From: a virus
Length of the DNA: 64,000 nucleotides
Strand: one strand, 5' to 3'
Virus record (IMG/VR): IMGVR_UViG_3300025655_000017
Each line of letters begins with the position of its first letter. Position 1 is the first letter of the stretch. Shown here piece by piece: positions 30,496-41,285 of this stretch. The position numbers were made by a program, and so were the translations under genes. The notes beneath the pieces are model-generated. The model saw nothing but the letters and a program-made list of their open reading frames with translations, did no database searches and was not told the origin of the DNA.

Positions 30496-30797
30496 AGTTT
30501 ACTTATTTTAATTTTCCAATCTTTAAGAATTTCATCGCGAAAATTCATGACATCAGTTTCATCTATTTCTATTGGCCCATATATATGCTCTAAAAACTCA
30601 CCTATTTGTGACCTACTTAGTTTATCACTTCTTAGAAAAATACCCGCATGAGCATATGTTGCCCCATTTTCAGGATCAACAAACCACTCGTTAAACTTAT
30701 CTATGTTTAACATATCAGGGGTTATTTTAGTTTTTATCATCGGTGGAATTTCCTCTACTTTAACAAAAACCCTGCAAAACCAATTATATAACTTCAT
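30492..30797 (-). CDS. hypothetical protein (paralog of 30121-30495)
   Basis: Tandem duplicate. Confidence 0.65.
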   Translation of the reverse strand: MKLYNWFCRVFVKVEEIPPMIKTKITPDMLNIDKFNEWFVDPENGATYAHAGIFLRSDKLSRSQIGEFLEHIYGPIEIDETDVMNFRDEILKDWKIKISKL

Positions 30798-30843
30798 ATT
30801 TTTATTTTTTGTAAATATATAAATATATTATGACAACTCCTAA

Positions 30844-31404
30844 TTATTTTTCAATTTTTTGTTTACCCCATCCGACGTTAATCTTTCCCTCATCGTTAAA
30901 GGTATATGACAAAAGATCGTTTAAGATGTTTTCATCAAATCCTTCAGCAGCCAGAGAACAATCTTCTCTTTGTTCGGTAATATTAACAATATTGTCTTTC
31001 GCATTAATTAGAGCGAATACATTTGATTCTATTGTATCAATATAATTAACAAAATATACCTCAGTAGTATTTGTTTGATCAATTCTAATGAACCGAAAAT
31101 ACCATTGTGAAATAGCTGGCATATTCCAACGTAATCCCTGTACTATTGCCACGTCAACATAGCCCATATTTTTACCAGCTTTCAAGCTTTGTTGAGTACA
31201 GATTAAGATACCATTTTCACTTGCTTCATATTCTTTTAATACTTTTTCTCGGCTTTTTTTATCAATTGATCCCGTATAGACAAAAATTGGCCGATCAAAC
31301 ATTTTATTAAATTGAGTCTCATAAAAATCTACAACGTCTAACCTTGTACAACCAATGGCTATTTTTTCATTAGGGTGGCTTCTACAAATATCAACACATT
31401 TCAA
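30844..31404 (-). CDS. SNF2 helicase C-terminal domain (continues the upstream ORF in the -1 frame)
   Basis: TG...R, ILICTQQSL..G.N, WN....Q...R..RI.Q...V. Confidence 0.75.
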   Translation of the reverse strand: MKCVDICRSHPNEKIAIGCTRLDVVDFYETQFNKMFDRPIFVYTGSIDKKSREKVLKEYEASENGILICTQQSLKAGKNMGYVDVAIVQGLRWNMPAISQWYFRFIRIDQTNTTEVYFVNYIDTIESNVFALINAKDNIVNITEQREDCSLAAEGFDENILNDLLSYTFNDEGKINVGWGKQKIEK

Positions 31405-33680
31405 TAATTTGGTATTAATTCCCCCTTTAATTCTTCAAATCGTTCTGGATAAATTGTTGTTTCAATCAAAAGATTTAGTTGGCGAATAATTCTAAGCGCA
31501 GAATCTTTACGGGAATTGCCAGTGCTGTCATAATATGCACGAATATAGTTACCAGTTTGTTCCAAAATATCTTCGTGTAACATTTTTTCGTCAAATGTCG
31601 GATTAATCAATATATGGTTGATATTGTACTTATCTGCTGCAATGTCCTTAAATTTTCGAATAAGCAATACAGTGTCCAACAAATTAATTAATTCAGTTTC
31701 ATTGTAGATGTCTTGGTTTTGTTTACTAATCCCAAATACTGACTTTTTAGCTGGGCAAAAACATCTCTTAAAATCACTAAATCCCTTATATGATTTGAAA
31801 GGCTGGCCTATTTTATCATTTTTAGTTTTAATAATTTTGTTTGGTTCTCCTTTTACTTTTTGCTCAATATACCAATTTTCGCAATTATTTATGTATGTTC
31901 CATTATAAAGAAAATCTATTAATGGGAAATATTCTGCAACATTGTTACTTATTACAGTTCCTGACATACATAGCTTTCTTTTAGCTGAAACAAACAAATT
32001 TCGCACAGCTTTATAGGTATTGGAAGTATAATCATTCATGTCTTGACATTCATCAACAATAACATCAAAATCAAATGATTTCATATATTTTTTAATCTGG
32101 CGAAAACCAAATTTACTAGTATTATCACCTGCTTTATTGCGCTTTATTGTTCGTGCCAAAAGCTCTGTTGTAAAAATATAATAATCAACATCTTTTTTAA
32201 TGTCAGATGGTGTCTTAACAATAACAAATGATTTTTTATTAGCTTTAAGAAAAGACAACCAATCTTTTTCGACTACTTTAGGAAAAACCAAACATTTTTT
32301 TCTATGTGTATATTCTGCCCATACAAATGAAGTTATAGTTTTTCCTAAACCTTGTTGGTGTCCAACTAAACTATAAGGTTTAGACAAAATTTTAACAATA
32401 TCTTCACTTTGATACCAAAGAGGGTTGATTGATTTTCCACCGTGATTTTTTAAAGTACAATTGTTAACATAATTTTTTACTTCCTCAGAAACAACAATAT
32501 CCTTATACTTTGTTAATTGATTAGGATCAACAATAGTTCTAAAACGCTCACCCTTACGTTTTTTCTTTAGACCTATAATTTGCTTCAACCTAAAAATAAC
32601 TTTGGGTTTTGTTAATTTGATTTTTTGCCATTCTTCTGAAGATACCGTTGGGGGTTGTTGTTGGTTAGCAAATTCGTTGAGGATATAAATTGCCTTTGTA
32701 TATTTTTCTTCTCCTTGGTGTGTTTTAATTTCAAACAGTAATTTTTTTACAACAAAGGGGAAGGCTAATTCTTCAGTGATTTGGCCCAACTTAAAAGAAA
32801 AATCATTTTCATTTAAACTGTCGGACAAAGTACTAACCGTATATTTTTTGCGATCAATTTTTAGTGCAGCGATTTCGTTTTTAATATCTAAGTGATTGGT
32901 ATAATCATCACTCATGGTATTATTATCAAATTCACGACCTTGACAGTTTTGGAAAAACAATACTTTTACGGGATACTTTAAATCATAAGCTGCAAACGCA
33001 TTTTTCATCTTATAAGCCCCTAAAAAATTTAAATTTTCATTAATAAATTTAATTTGTGCAGAGTAATAAAAATCATCCATCAAATATGTATCGGGAACAA
33101 TCAATACAATAAAACCATATTTTTTTGTCCAGATAACAGATTTTTCCAATATGTAGTTTTGTGCTGTTTTATTTCCGAACTTCAAATTGAAGGGTGGGTT
33201 GGCCACAACATAATCAAACTTCTTTTCTTGATTGAAGTTTAATATATCACAGTTTATGATTTTTTGATTGTTAAAAAGATATGAAGCAATAGTAAATACT
33301 TCCTCATCTTTCTCTACCCCAGTAAAATTACCTGACTCCACGTTATTGGCAAAAACTCCAATTCCACAAGTAGGATCAAATAACGTAGCGTGTTTTTCTA
33401 CTCCTAAAATACTAGTAATAGTGTTGGCACTATCAATAGAAGTAAAAAACTGTCCTTGCTCTTCATCACGTTTTGCCCTAATAAAATCAGAAAAGGATGA
33501 ATGCTTTTTCCGCTCAACCCCTGAAATTGCCCCATGACCACTATATACACTGAAAATATTGGCTTTAGTTAGAAGTTTTTCATCACCTCTAAGATTGTAC
33601 CTTGCTTGTTTAATACAAGCTGCATTTAATAATGCCCGTTGTTCTTGAGGGATTGTTTGGGTTGATATGTTATATCTCAT
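31401..33680 (-). CDS. N6-adenine DNA methyltransferase fused to SNF2 helicase N-terminal domain (DarB-like)
   Basis: QFFT, DPTCGIG, ANPPF; GLGKT, VDECQ, MSGT..NN..E. Confidence 0.85.
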   Translation of the reverse strand: MRYNISTQTIPQEQRALLNAACIKQARYNLRGDEKLLTKANIFSVYSGHGAISGVERKKHSSFSDFIRAKRDEEQGQFFTSIDSANTITSILGVEKHATLFDPTCGIGVFANNVESGNFTGVEKDEEVFTIASYLFNNQKIINCDILNFNQEKKFDYVVANPPFNLKFGNKTAQNYILEKSVIWTKKYGFIVLIVPDTYLMDDFYYSAQIKFINENLNFLGAYKMKNAFAAYDLKYPVKVLFFQNCQGREFDNNTMSDDYTNHLDIKNEIAALKIDRKKYTVSTLSDSLNENDFSFKLGQITEELAFPFVVKKLLFEIKTHQGEEKYTKAIYILNEFANQQQPPTVSSEEWQKIKLTKPKVIFRLKQIIGLKKKRKGERFRTIVDPNQLTKYKDIVVSEEVKNYVNNCTLKNHGGKSINPLWYQSEDIVKILSKPYSLVGHQQGLGKTITSFVWAEYTHRKKCLVFPKVVEKDWLSFLKANKKSFVIVKTPSDIKKDVDYYIFTTELLARTIKRNKAGDNTSKFGFRQIKKYMKSFDFDVIVDECQDMNDYTSNTYKAVRNLFVSAKRKLCMSGTVISNNVAEYFPLIDFLYNGTYINNCENWYIEQKVKGEPNKIIKTKNDKIGQPFKSYKGFSDFKRCFCPAKKSVFGISKQNQDIYNETELINLLDTVLLIRKFKDIAADKYNINHILINPTFDEKMLHEDILEQTGNYIRAYYDSTGNSRKDSALRIIRQLNLLIETTIYPERFEELKGELIPNY

Positions 33681-33768
33681 GGAATCTCATTTTGTTATTT
33701 GATAATAGCAAAGATACAAGATATTCACAACTTTATCTAATTTTTTAGCAATATTTATATAAAAAAAT

Positions 33769-34464
33769 ATGAACTACATAAAGTATATTTTAATAGGGGT
33801 GGGGCTTTTACCTTTTATTTTGTTTGCCCAACAGACCTATCTTTTTGATGCAACATATTTAGAACCAATAAATGATTCTATTTCTCTATATGAAATAAAA
33901 ATGGCTAATTTTGAAAATAGCTATCAGAATTTTCTCTACTATGAAGTAGAGGGAGAAACTTTTGATTATTCAACTAATTCTAGTAGGGAAAAAATAGTAG
34001 GTACTTATGATGAAAGAGGCTATTCATTTTATCATTTTAATAATGATAATTACTTAGAACGTTTGGATAGGAACATATTTAATGGTTCTTTAAATCGCGT
34101 AATAGATGGGGACACTTATTGGATGAATATACTAGTACCAACGTCACAGGGGCGTTTTAAGACAACTAGATTAAAAGTAAGACTCTATAACTGTGATGCT
34201 TATGAAAAAACAACCATGACCCTTTACAATAAAGATTTAAAAAGAAGAGAAACAGATCAGGAACATGATCAACGACTGGTAAAAGCAAAATTAGCTAAAA
34301 AATATGCTGAACATTTGTTGACAACAATCCCCTTTACTATTGTTTATAAACATAAATATAGAAATTCAAGGATTGTTGCCACGATAATGTTTAATACTGG
34401 AAAAACCATGAAACAATATTTACAAGAAGCAGATTTGCTGACAGGTAAATATGAAACATTTTAA
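33769..34464 (+). CDS. secreted thermonuclease (SNase)-like protein
   Basis: Signal peptide, RVIDGDT, VRLYNCDAYE; TATTTAT upstream. Confidence 0.7.
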   Translation: MNYIKYILIGVGLLPFILFAQQTYLFDATYLEPINDSISLYEIKMANFENSYQNFLYYEVEGETFDYSTNSSREKIVGTYDERGYSFYHFNNDNYLERLDRNIFNGSLNRVIDGDTYWMNILVPTSQGRFKTTRLKVRLYNCDAYEKTTMTLYNKDLKRRETDQEHDQRLVKAKLAKKYAEHLLTTIPFTIVYKHKYRNSRIVATIMFNTGKTMKQYLQEADLLTGKYETF

Positions 34465-35028
34465 CTAATAAGCTTATATAGACTTTTCTTATTTATGTTA
34501 GAAATAGCTTCATCAAAAGTTATTTCATTGTTATCATTTAGATAAGAAAAAATAGTTAACAAAGGTTTTTTATTTTTATCAAAGTTTATTGATTTACTTG
34601 CTTATATTTTCTTTTAAGAATTCAAACTTCTCTCTGACAGGAGTAATAATGGTTTCATAATTTCGTGCAAGTTTATCTAATTGTACCTTTAAATCTGGAA
34701 AAGATGCTACTACCTCTTCAATTTCATTATTAAGAATAACAACAACTAACCGCCATTTTGAAGCAATATCTCCATTAAATTGAGAAAAAATAATATAACT
34801 ATTAGACTTTACTTTTAACCTATTAAAATTCTCATCAATGATGACATATCCTTCAAAATTTACGTCACCATATTTTACGTTTTTCAGAGAATCTACCATT
34901 TCTTTTTCGTCTTTAAAAAAATATTGTTTAGGTCGTTCAATATTGTGTTTTTGAGCAAATTCATCTAATGCTTTCTGATCTCTTTCAATGAAAGAGTCAA
35001 GCTCTCGAATTGCTAATAAAACAAAAGA
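34462..35028 (-). pseudogene. C-terminal remnant of Rnl1-like RNA ligase
   Basis: LLAIRE..E, FEGYVI.D.NFNRLKVKS..Y; no N-terminal adenylation motif; frame broken near 34594. Confidence 0.6.
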
Positions 35029-35220
35029 TTACTCCTCTATTTTATCAATAAAAAACATCTTTAGAATATCACTTAGAAGTATATCTTCTTTAGTGCCATC
35101 ACTAAATTCTTGATACATCCATGCATTGAAAAAACCATTATTTTTCAACCAGATTATTATCTCCTCATCAGATATTTTCATGTAGGTATGCCTTAAAAAT
35201 TGCAACAGTTTCCTTTCCAA
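35029..35220 (-). CDS. small hypothetical protein
   Basis: 63 aa ORF; likely start at internal MKISDEE. Confidence 0.5.
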   Translation of the reverse strand: MERKLLQFLRHTYMKISDEEIIIWLKNNGFFNAWMYQEFSDGTKEDILLSDILKMFFIDKIEE

Positions 35221-36223
35221 TTTGATTTTTTACATCACCACCCTCTAATTTATTTGCAACTAAAGCATCCATTTCCTCTTTAAAGACATCTTGTATAACC
35301 CATTTTACAATGTCACCAGTATCTTTCATAGTTGGTTGACGATCTTCACAAATTGTTGTAATCGCTTGAATTACCCTATTTTTAGTAACTGCATACTCAA
35401 CAAATTCTTTTATTGAATTTAGTTTTTCAATTTCAATTGGATTAAAAGTCTTTTCTTTTCCTTTGGTATTTTTGTGTTCTTCACCCTTAGATTTAAAGAT
35501 TAAAAATTCATCCTTATACATTGCCGTACAAACAATTCCTTCACCAATACCACTAATTCCAAAATACCTTCCAATGGGGCATTCATTTTCAACATCTTCA
35601 ACAATAGTATCTAATGCAATTTGACCTGCTTTAGCATCATTAAAGTCAATAGTGACTTTATAGGTATCAAAACAATATGTATTAAAACATCTAATTGACT
35701 CATTAAAGGGTAGAAGAGTTTCAATTTCATCTGTCACCCAAATTCTTTTATAAGGTTCTCCGACTGTTTTACCGTCTTTTATAAGACAAATGGAATAAGC
35801 CATAAAGAATTTAGGCAACCCATTGATTGCAACTTTTGCTTGGATATTTCCACCAGCCCATTCACCATATAACACAATTTCATCATACTCTATTTCAGAA
35901 AATTGATTATCGTTTTGGATAGATTCAAAATATTCTGTAAAATATTCAAGGTTTGCATAAACCCACTCACTGAACCCCATGTGCCCAGTCCATCCATCTA
36001 ACACAGCATTTTTGCTAAGTGTTTTAATTTCTTTTGTGAGAGGGTTATAACCAAGACCTGCGTTTGTGCCATGTGCCTTTACGGTACACATAAAAGTAAT
36101 AACTGGAAGAGGGATTGTTTCATCATAAATGACAAAACCATTTTCTACACCTTTGAACCAAGTTTTATGTTTTACAGTGTTAATAATATTTAAATAGCCT
36201 TCTGTTTTTATATATGTTTTCAT
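35168..36223 (-). CDS. RNA ligase, Rnl2-like
   Basis: KAHGTNAG, LYGEWAG, GEGIV, FKSKG. Confidence 0.85.
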   Translation of the reverse strand: MKTYIKTEGYLNIINTVKHKTWFKGVENGFVIYDETIPLPVITFMCTVKAHGTNAGLGYNPLTKEIKTLSKNAVLDGWTGHMGFSEWVYANLEYFTEYFESIQNDNQFSEIEYDEIVLYGEWAGGNIQAKVAINGLPKFFMAYSICLIKDGKTVGEPYKRIWVTDEIETLLPFNESIRCFNTYCFDTYKVTIDFNDAKAGQIALDTIVEDVENECPIGRYFGISGIGEGIVCTAMYKDEFLIFKSKGEEHKNTKGKEKTFNPIEIEKLNSIKEFVEYAVTKNRVIQAITTICEDRQPTMKDTGDIVKWVIQDVFKEEMDALVANKLEGGDVKNQIGKETVAIFKAYLHENI

Positions 36224-36406
36224 TTGTTTTATTTTTGTAGTTTAAAAATTAATTCATTATATTTGTTGGGAATACTATTGTACCAACCAATATAAATTTC
36301 CGATTCAAATTCCATCCACTCCCCACTATAATACAAGTCTTACAACTTTTAATAATAAAAAATAGAAAAATGTTTAATTTTATTATTTTTTATGCTATTT
36401 ATTATT

Positions 36407-36991
36407 ATGGAACAAAGATACAAAAAACTTTCTAAATATGCAAGAGATAATGGGATTAATTATCGCACAGCATGGAATTATTTTAATAAAGGGCTAATCA
36501 ATGGAGCTTTTAAAAACGATATGGGAACAATTCTTGTTCCTGTTATTGAAAAAAAACCTGAATTAACTAATAATAAAGCAGCGGTATATGCTAGAGTTTC
36601 CTCTAATGATCGAAAGCAATCTTTGATTGAACAATTAGAACGACTTAATAATTATTCTGTTAATAGTGGTTATCAAGTCGTACATTCTGTAAAAGAAATT
36701 GGTAGCGGTATGAATGATAACCGACAGAAACTTTCTAAGTTACTTAATCAAGATGATTGGAATGTTTTAGTAGTAGAAAATAAAGATAGATTAACCAGAT
36801 TCGGTTTTAATTACTTAAAATTACTTTTAGAAAAACAAGGTAAAACCATAGAGGTAGTAAATCAAGCTGAGGATGATAAACAAGATTTAATGGCAGACTT
36901 AATCAGTGTTATTTACAGCTTCTCAGCAAGAATGTATGGATTAAGACGTAAAAAAAATAAAGAAGAAATAATAAATTTTTTAGAAAATTAG
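36407..36991 (+). CDS. tnpA: IS607 serine recombinase transposase
   Basis: N-terminal HTH, YARVSS..K..L..Q, EIGSG, ENKDRLTRFG. Confidence 0.92.
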   Translation: MEQRYKKLSKYARDNGINYRTAWNYFNKGLINGAFKNDMGTILVPVIEKKPELTNNKAAVYARVSSNDRKQSLIEQLERLNNYSVNSGYQVVHSVKEIGSGMNDNRQKLSKLLNQDDWNVLVVENKDRLTRFGFNYLKLLLEKQGKTIEVVNQAEDDKQDLMADLISVIYSFSARMYGLRRKKNKEEIINFLEN

Positions 36992-38214
36992 TGTATTTAG
37001 TCGAAAAACATATAGTCGGGCAAAGCCATAAATATTACGATGAATGTGATAAGTTATCATATTTATCCAAGAATTTATATAATGCCAGTCTGTATAAAAT
37101 CCGACAGCACTATAAGGAAACTAAAAAACATTTAAGCTATCCAGAAGTCTATCATAAAGTTAAAACTAGCGTTGACTATAAAGCACTACCTGCTAAAGTT
37201 AGCTGTCAAACCATTAAAAAGTTAGCTGAAAATTATAATTCTTTTTTTAAACTAGTAAAGGCTTTTAATGATAAGAAAATTGAAAACTTTCCATCAATTC
37301 CAAAATATAAAAAAGAAAAGTACGGTCAGCTAGAACGGTTTTTAGTAGTTTATCCAAAACAAGCTTTAACGCTTAGAACTTTTAAAAAAGAAGGCAAAAT
37401 ACAACTTAGTAAGACTAATATAAAGTTAACCACTAAAGTTAGTAATTGGAATGATATAAAAGAGGTAAGAATAGTACCAAGGAAAAAATACTATATAGTT
37501 GAAGTAGTATATTTTAAACTTGAAAAGGAGTTAAAGCCTGATAATGGAAACTATGCTTCAATAGATGTTGGAATTAATAACTTAATGACTGTCGCTTTTA
37601 ACAATAAAAGTATAAAGCCTTTAATTGTTAATGGTCGTCCTTTAAAGAGTTATAACCAGTATTTCAATAAGAAACTAGCAAGTTTTAAAAGTGAGTTAGA
37701 GGTTAAGAATAAAGTTAAAACTTCAAAAAGGATTTCTTTATTAAATCTAAAAAGAACTAATAAGATAAACGATTATTTGCATAAGGTTACGACCGAGTTA
37801 GCGAATCAAATAGAGCTTCAAGGTGTTTGCCGTGTAATTTACGGACGCAACAAAGAATGGAAGCAAGACGTTAATATAGGTAAGAAAAATAATCAGAATT
37901 TTGTCAGTATCCCGATGGATAAAATGCGAAGCATGTTGGAATATAAGTTAAAGCTTCGCGGTATTGAGATGGTTGAACAGGAAGAAGCTTATACATCAAA
38001 GTGTAGCTTTTTGGATTTGGAACCAATAAAAAAGCATGAAAAATACGCTGGTTATCGGAAGAGTCGTGGCATGTTTAAGAGCCGTGAGAAAGGCTTAATA
38101 AATGCCGATTTAAATGGAGCGTATAATATAATGCGAAAGGCAATCCCGAATGTTTATTCGGACGGGACAGAGGGCTACGGAGTTAGCCCAGTGGTGTTGA
38201 AGATAAAACGATAA
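36991..38214 (+). CDS. tnpB: TnpB RNA-guided nuclease
   Basis: IDVGINN, QEEAYTSKC, NADLNGAYNI RuvC motifs. Confidence 0.92.
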   Translation: MYLVEKHIVGQSHKYYDECDKLSYLSKNLYNASLYKIRQHYKETKKHLSYPEVYHKVKTSVDYKALPAKVSCQTIKKLAENYNSFFKLVKAFNDKKIENFPSIPKYKKEKYGQLERFLVVYPKQALTLRTFKKEGKIQLSKTNIKLTTKVSNWNDIKEVRIVPRKKYYIVEVVYFKLEKELKPDNGNYASIDVGINNLMTVAFNNKSIKPLIVNGRPLKSYNQYFNKKLASFKSELEVKNKVKTSKRISLLNLKRTNKINDYLHKVTTELANQIELQGVCRVIYGRNKEWKQDVNIGKKNNQNFVSIPMDKMRSMLEYKLKLRGIEMVEQEEAYTSKCSFLDLEPIKKHEKYAGYRKSRGMFKSREKGLINADLNGAYNIMRKAIPNVYSDGTEGYGVSPVVLKIKR

Positions 38215-38247
38215 ATTTTATCTTCAACCCACAAACAAAATATATTT

Positions 38248-38493
38248 CTATATATTTTGATACTCTTCATCTGAAAGATATATAATGTGTGTATTTTCAT
38301 CTTCTAAGTAATGAAAATCAACTAGTGGATATTTTTCTTGACATTTCCCAATGATTTCTTTCCCAAGATTTTCATAAATATCAAAATATGAACAGTATGG
38401 CTCATAACTTATATCAAGTGCCAAACATAAAGATACAAAATCTTTTTTTGTTATAGCATACTTGTTTATTAGACTATTCAATAATGTTTCCAT
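38248..38493 (-). CDS. hypothetical protein
   Basis: 81 aa ORF after TATCTTTG. Confidence 0.55.
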   Translation of the reverse strand: METLLNSLINKYAITKKDFVSLCLALDISYEPYCSYFDIYENLGKEIIGKCQEKYPLVDFHYLEDENTHIIYLSDEEYQNI

Positions 38494-38534
38494 AAAAATC
38501 TTTATCTTTTAACAAAGATAAAATAAAAAAATGA

Positions 38535-38894
38535 TTATTCCAAGTAATAGAGGTTAAAATAATATAAAAAGAGTGAATTTTTATTACTTTTTGAAAAACC
38601 ATAGTGTTTTGTTCTGGATGTTATTGTGGAGCATAATGAACAAATTCTTTGCTCTTCTCGCTCATATTTTTCACCACATATTTTTTCTCTGCACCTATCT
38701 TCATAGTCATATTTGTCATAAATCCATTTATGAGAATGAGTAAGAGACTCAGATATTTTTGTTAGTTCTGGTTTTATCGGTGATGTTGTAAGCACCCAAT
38801 TAGAATAATATTCATAATAAATACATTCATATGTTTGTGCCGGAAGAAGATTTATGGTTAAGATTAAAAAACTAATTATATTTAAAAGCTTCAT
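38535..38894 (-). CDS. secreted Cys-rich hypothetical protein
   Basis: Signal peptide, Cys pairs. Confidence 0.5.
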   Translation of the reverse strand: MKLLNIISFLILTINLLPAQTYECIYYEYYSNWVLTTSPIKPELTKISESLTHSHKWIYDKYDYEDRCREKICGEKYEREEQRICSLCSTITSRTKHYGFSKSNKNSLFLYYFNLYYLE

Positions 38895-38983
38895 AGGTTT
38901 TTCTTATAATTAGGGTTGCCAACAGTTTTTATAATAAATGATTAATAATGTTTTTTTATGAAATTTAATGCTATTTATGGATA

Positions 38984-39553
38984 ATGAAAAACTCAATAAA
39001 ATTATCAGAATTTGCTAAAAGGCAGAGTATTACTTATCGTACTGCTCAAAATTGGTACTATAATGGTAAAATACCTAATTCCTATAAAGTTAATAATCAT
39101 ATTTACATTGAAATAAATGAAATAGAAGAATTTATTAACCCTAAAATAGTAGTATACGCAAGAGTATCTTCTAACGATCAAAAAGATGATCTTAATAGGC
39201 AAATTGAAAGATTAAAATCTTATTGCGCTGCTAAAGGTTATATCATCTCTAAAGTTTATTCTGAAATTGCCAGTGGGTTAAACGATAATCGTAAACAGTT
39301 TAATGCTATGCTCAATGATAAAGATGTCAATAAAATAGTAGTAGTCTCTAAAGATAGACTCACTAGATTTGGGTTTAACTTTATTAAACTTTTAACCAAA
39401 AGACTAAACATTGAAATTGAAATTATTGATCAAACCGAAAAAGAAGAAAATTTAATAGAGGATTTTGTATCTATTATTACTTCTTTCTGCGCTAAAATTT
39501 ACGGTAAAAGAAGTGGTAAAAATAAAATTAAAGAAATAACTAATATCCTTTGA
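38984..39553 (+). CDS. tnpA: IS607 serine recombinase transposase
   Basis: YARVSS..QK.DL.RQ, EIASG, KDRLTRFG. Confidence 0.92.
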   Translation: MKNSIKLSEFAKRQSITYRTAQNWYYNGKIPNSYKVNNHIYIEINEIEEFINPKIVVYARVSSNDQKDDLNRQIERLKSYCAAKGYIISKVYSEIASGLNDNRKQFNAMLNDKDVNKIVVVSKDRLTRFGFNFIKLLTKRLNIEIEIIDQTEKEENLIEDFVSIITSFCAKIYGKRSGKNKIKEITNIL

Positions 39554-40758
39554 AGTTAACTGAAAAACATATAATCAAAGCTAATCATTCTTTCTTTAAA
39601 GAATGCGATGAACTATGTTTCAAAAGTAAAAACGTCTATAATAGCAGTCTTTATTATTTTAGACAAAATTTTATCCATAATAACGATTATAAAAACTATT
39701 ATGAAACTTATTACGAATTAAGAACTAGTGAAGCTTATCAAGCATTGCCTGATAAAGTTAGCAAACAAACACTTAGAATGCTTGAAGGAAATAAATCTGC
39801 TTTCATTAGAGCTATTAAAGATTTTACTAAAAATCCCTCTAAGTATAAAGGTCGCCCTAAACTTCCAAAATATAAACATAAAACAGAAGGTCGGTTTGTT
39901 TGTGCTTATGAAAGAGGTTCAATTAGTAAAAAAGTATGGATTAAAGAAGGAAAGATAGGATTATCTCAAACTAATATAAAAATTAATCCTTATAAAGCTA
40001 CATTTGATAATATCTGTCAAGTGAGAATAATCCCTAAAAAAGGTTATTTTATTATTGAACTTGTTTATGAAGTATTATTGAAAGATAGAGTATCAGATAA
40101 TAGAAAGTATGCAGCTATTGATTTAGGATTATCAAATTTATGCACAATAACTTTTAACGAAAAAGGCTGTCAACCGATAATCATTAACGGAAACGGATTA
40201 AAGAGCATTAATCAATTTTACAATAAGCGCAAAGCGGAATTACAAAGTAAACTTAAAAAAGAAAAAACAAGTAAACAATTAAGAAAAATAGCATTAAAGA
40301 GAAACAACAAAATTAACAATCAGATACACAAAATAAGTTCTTATATAGTGAACCAAATAGTTTCAAGGGGAGTAAGCAAATTAGTAATTGGTTATAACCC
40401 GGAATGGAAACAAGGCATAAATATAGGGAAGAAAAATAATCAGAATTTTGTTAATATACCGTTCAAAAAATTGACAGATCAACTTCAGTATAAGCTTGAT
40501 ATTAAAGGAGTAGAATTAATATTAAGAGAAGAGAGTTATACTTCAAAATGTAGTTTTTTGGATTTGGAGGATATAAAAAAGAAGGAAAAGTATTGTGGCT
40601 ACCGAAAGAGCAGAGGCATTTATAAGAGCTATGAATATGGTGTAATAAATGCTGACGTTAATGGCAGTTACAATATAATGAGAAAAGCATTCCCCGATAT
40701 TTTTATGGAGGGGATAGAGGGCATTGCCGTATGCCCAGTGCGCGTTAACGTCGCATAA
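39550..40758 (+). CDS. tnpB: TnpB RNA-guided nuclease
   Basis: IDLGLSN, REESYTSKC, NADVNGSYNI. Confidence 0.92.
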   Translation: MKLTEKHIIKANHSFFKECDELCFKSKNVYNSSLYYFRQNFIHNNDYKNYYETYYELRTSEAYQALPDKVSKQTLRMLEGNKSAFIRAIKDFTKNPSKYKGRPKLPKYKHKTEGRFVCAYERGSISKKVWIKEGKIGLSQTNIKINPYKATFDNICQVRIIPKKGYFIIELVYEVLLKDRVSDNRKYAAIDLGLSNLCTITFNEKGCQPIIINGNGLKSINQFYNKRKAELQSKLKKEKTSKQLRKIALKRNNKINNQIHKISSYIVNQIVSRGVSKLVIGYNPEWKQGINIGKKNNQNFVNIPFKKLTDQLQYKLDIKGVELILREESYTSKCSFLDLEDIKKKEKYCGYRKSRGIYKSYEYGVINADVNGSYNIMRKAFPDIFMEGIEGIAVCPVRVNVA

Positions 40759-41132
40759 ATTAAATTGCATGGTTTTTCATGTAATTTGGAAATGGTAACG
40801 CCAATATAAAATATTGTTCCCAAAATATAGGCATATATATCCATTATGTCATAAGTTTTAGATGGTATATATATTTGTAAAATCTCGTAAATAATTAATA
40901 ATAATAAAGTTAAGAAACTATGAAGATAAAGATTATACTTTTTTTCATTAGTGAAGGGATAAAAAAGTGCCATTATTCCTCCACTTGAAAAGAAATCTGA
41001 ACCTTGAAATCTTAAAATAACATTATATTGATCTGAACCTTGAATATATATTTCAAAGATAAGCCCCACTATTAAAAAAATATTTGATATTACAATTGAA
41101 GGCACAAAATTTTTATTCATATTTTTCTCCAT
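40668..41132 (-). CDS. VanZ-like membrane protein; C-terminus runs into IS607-2
   Basis: YEILQ..IP...D..DI.A..LG. Confidence 0.55.
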   Translation of the reverse strand: MEKNMNKNFVPSIVISNIFLIVGLIFEIYIQGSDQYNVILRFQGSDFFSSGGIMALFYPFTNEKKYNLYLHSFLTLLLLIIYEILQIYIPSKTYDIMDIYAYILGTIFYIGVTISKLHEKPCNLIYATLTRTGHTAMPSIPSIKISGNAFLIIL

Positions 41133-41285
41133 TTAAACGCTTTCGAATTTGTTCAGTATTAAAGTCGCTTTTCACTGGCTCATCACCAATAGTATATATT
41201 GGCAACTGTTATTACACAATTAATATCCATAATTCTCTGACTTAAACAATCTACGCAAACCTCTTGCTTAATAATTTCTTTCATT

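Larger units (their letters stand above)
36330..38240 (+). mobile_element. IS607-family element 1 (boundaries approximate)
   Basis: Overlapping tnpA serine recombinase and tnpB; hairpin GTTGAAGATAAAA/TTTTATCTTCAAC at right end. Confidence 0.85.
38915..40790 (+). mobile_element. IS607-family element 2 (boundaries approximate)
   Basis: tnpA+tnpB; right end overlaps the 3' end of a VanZ-like gene. Confidence 0.85.
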
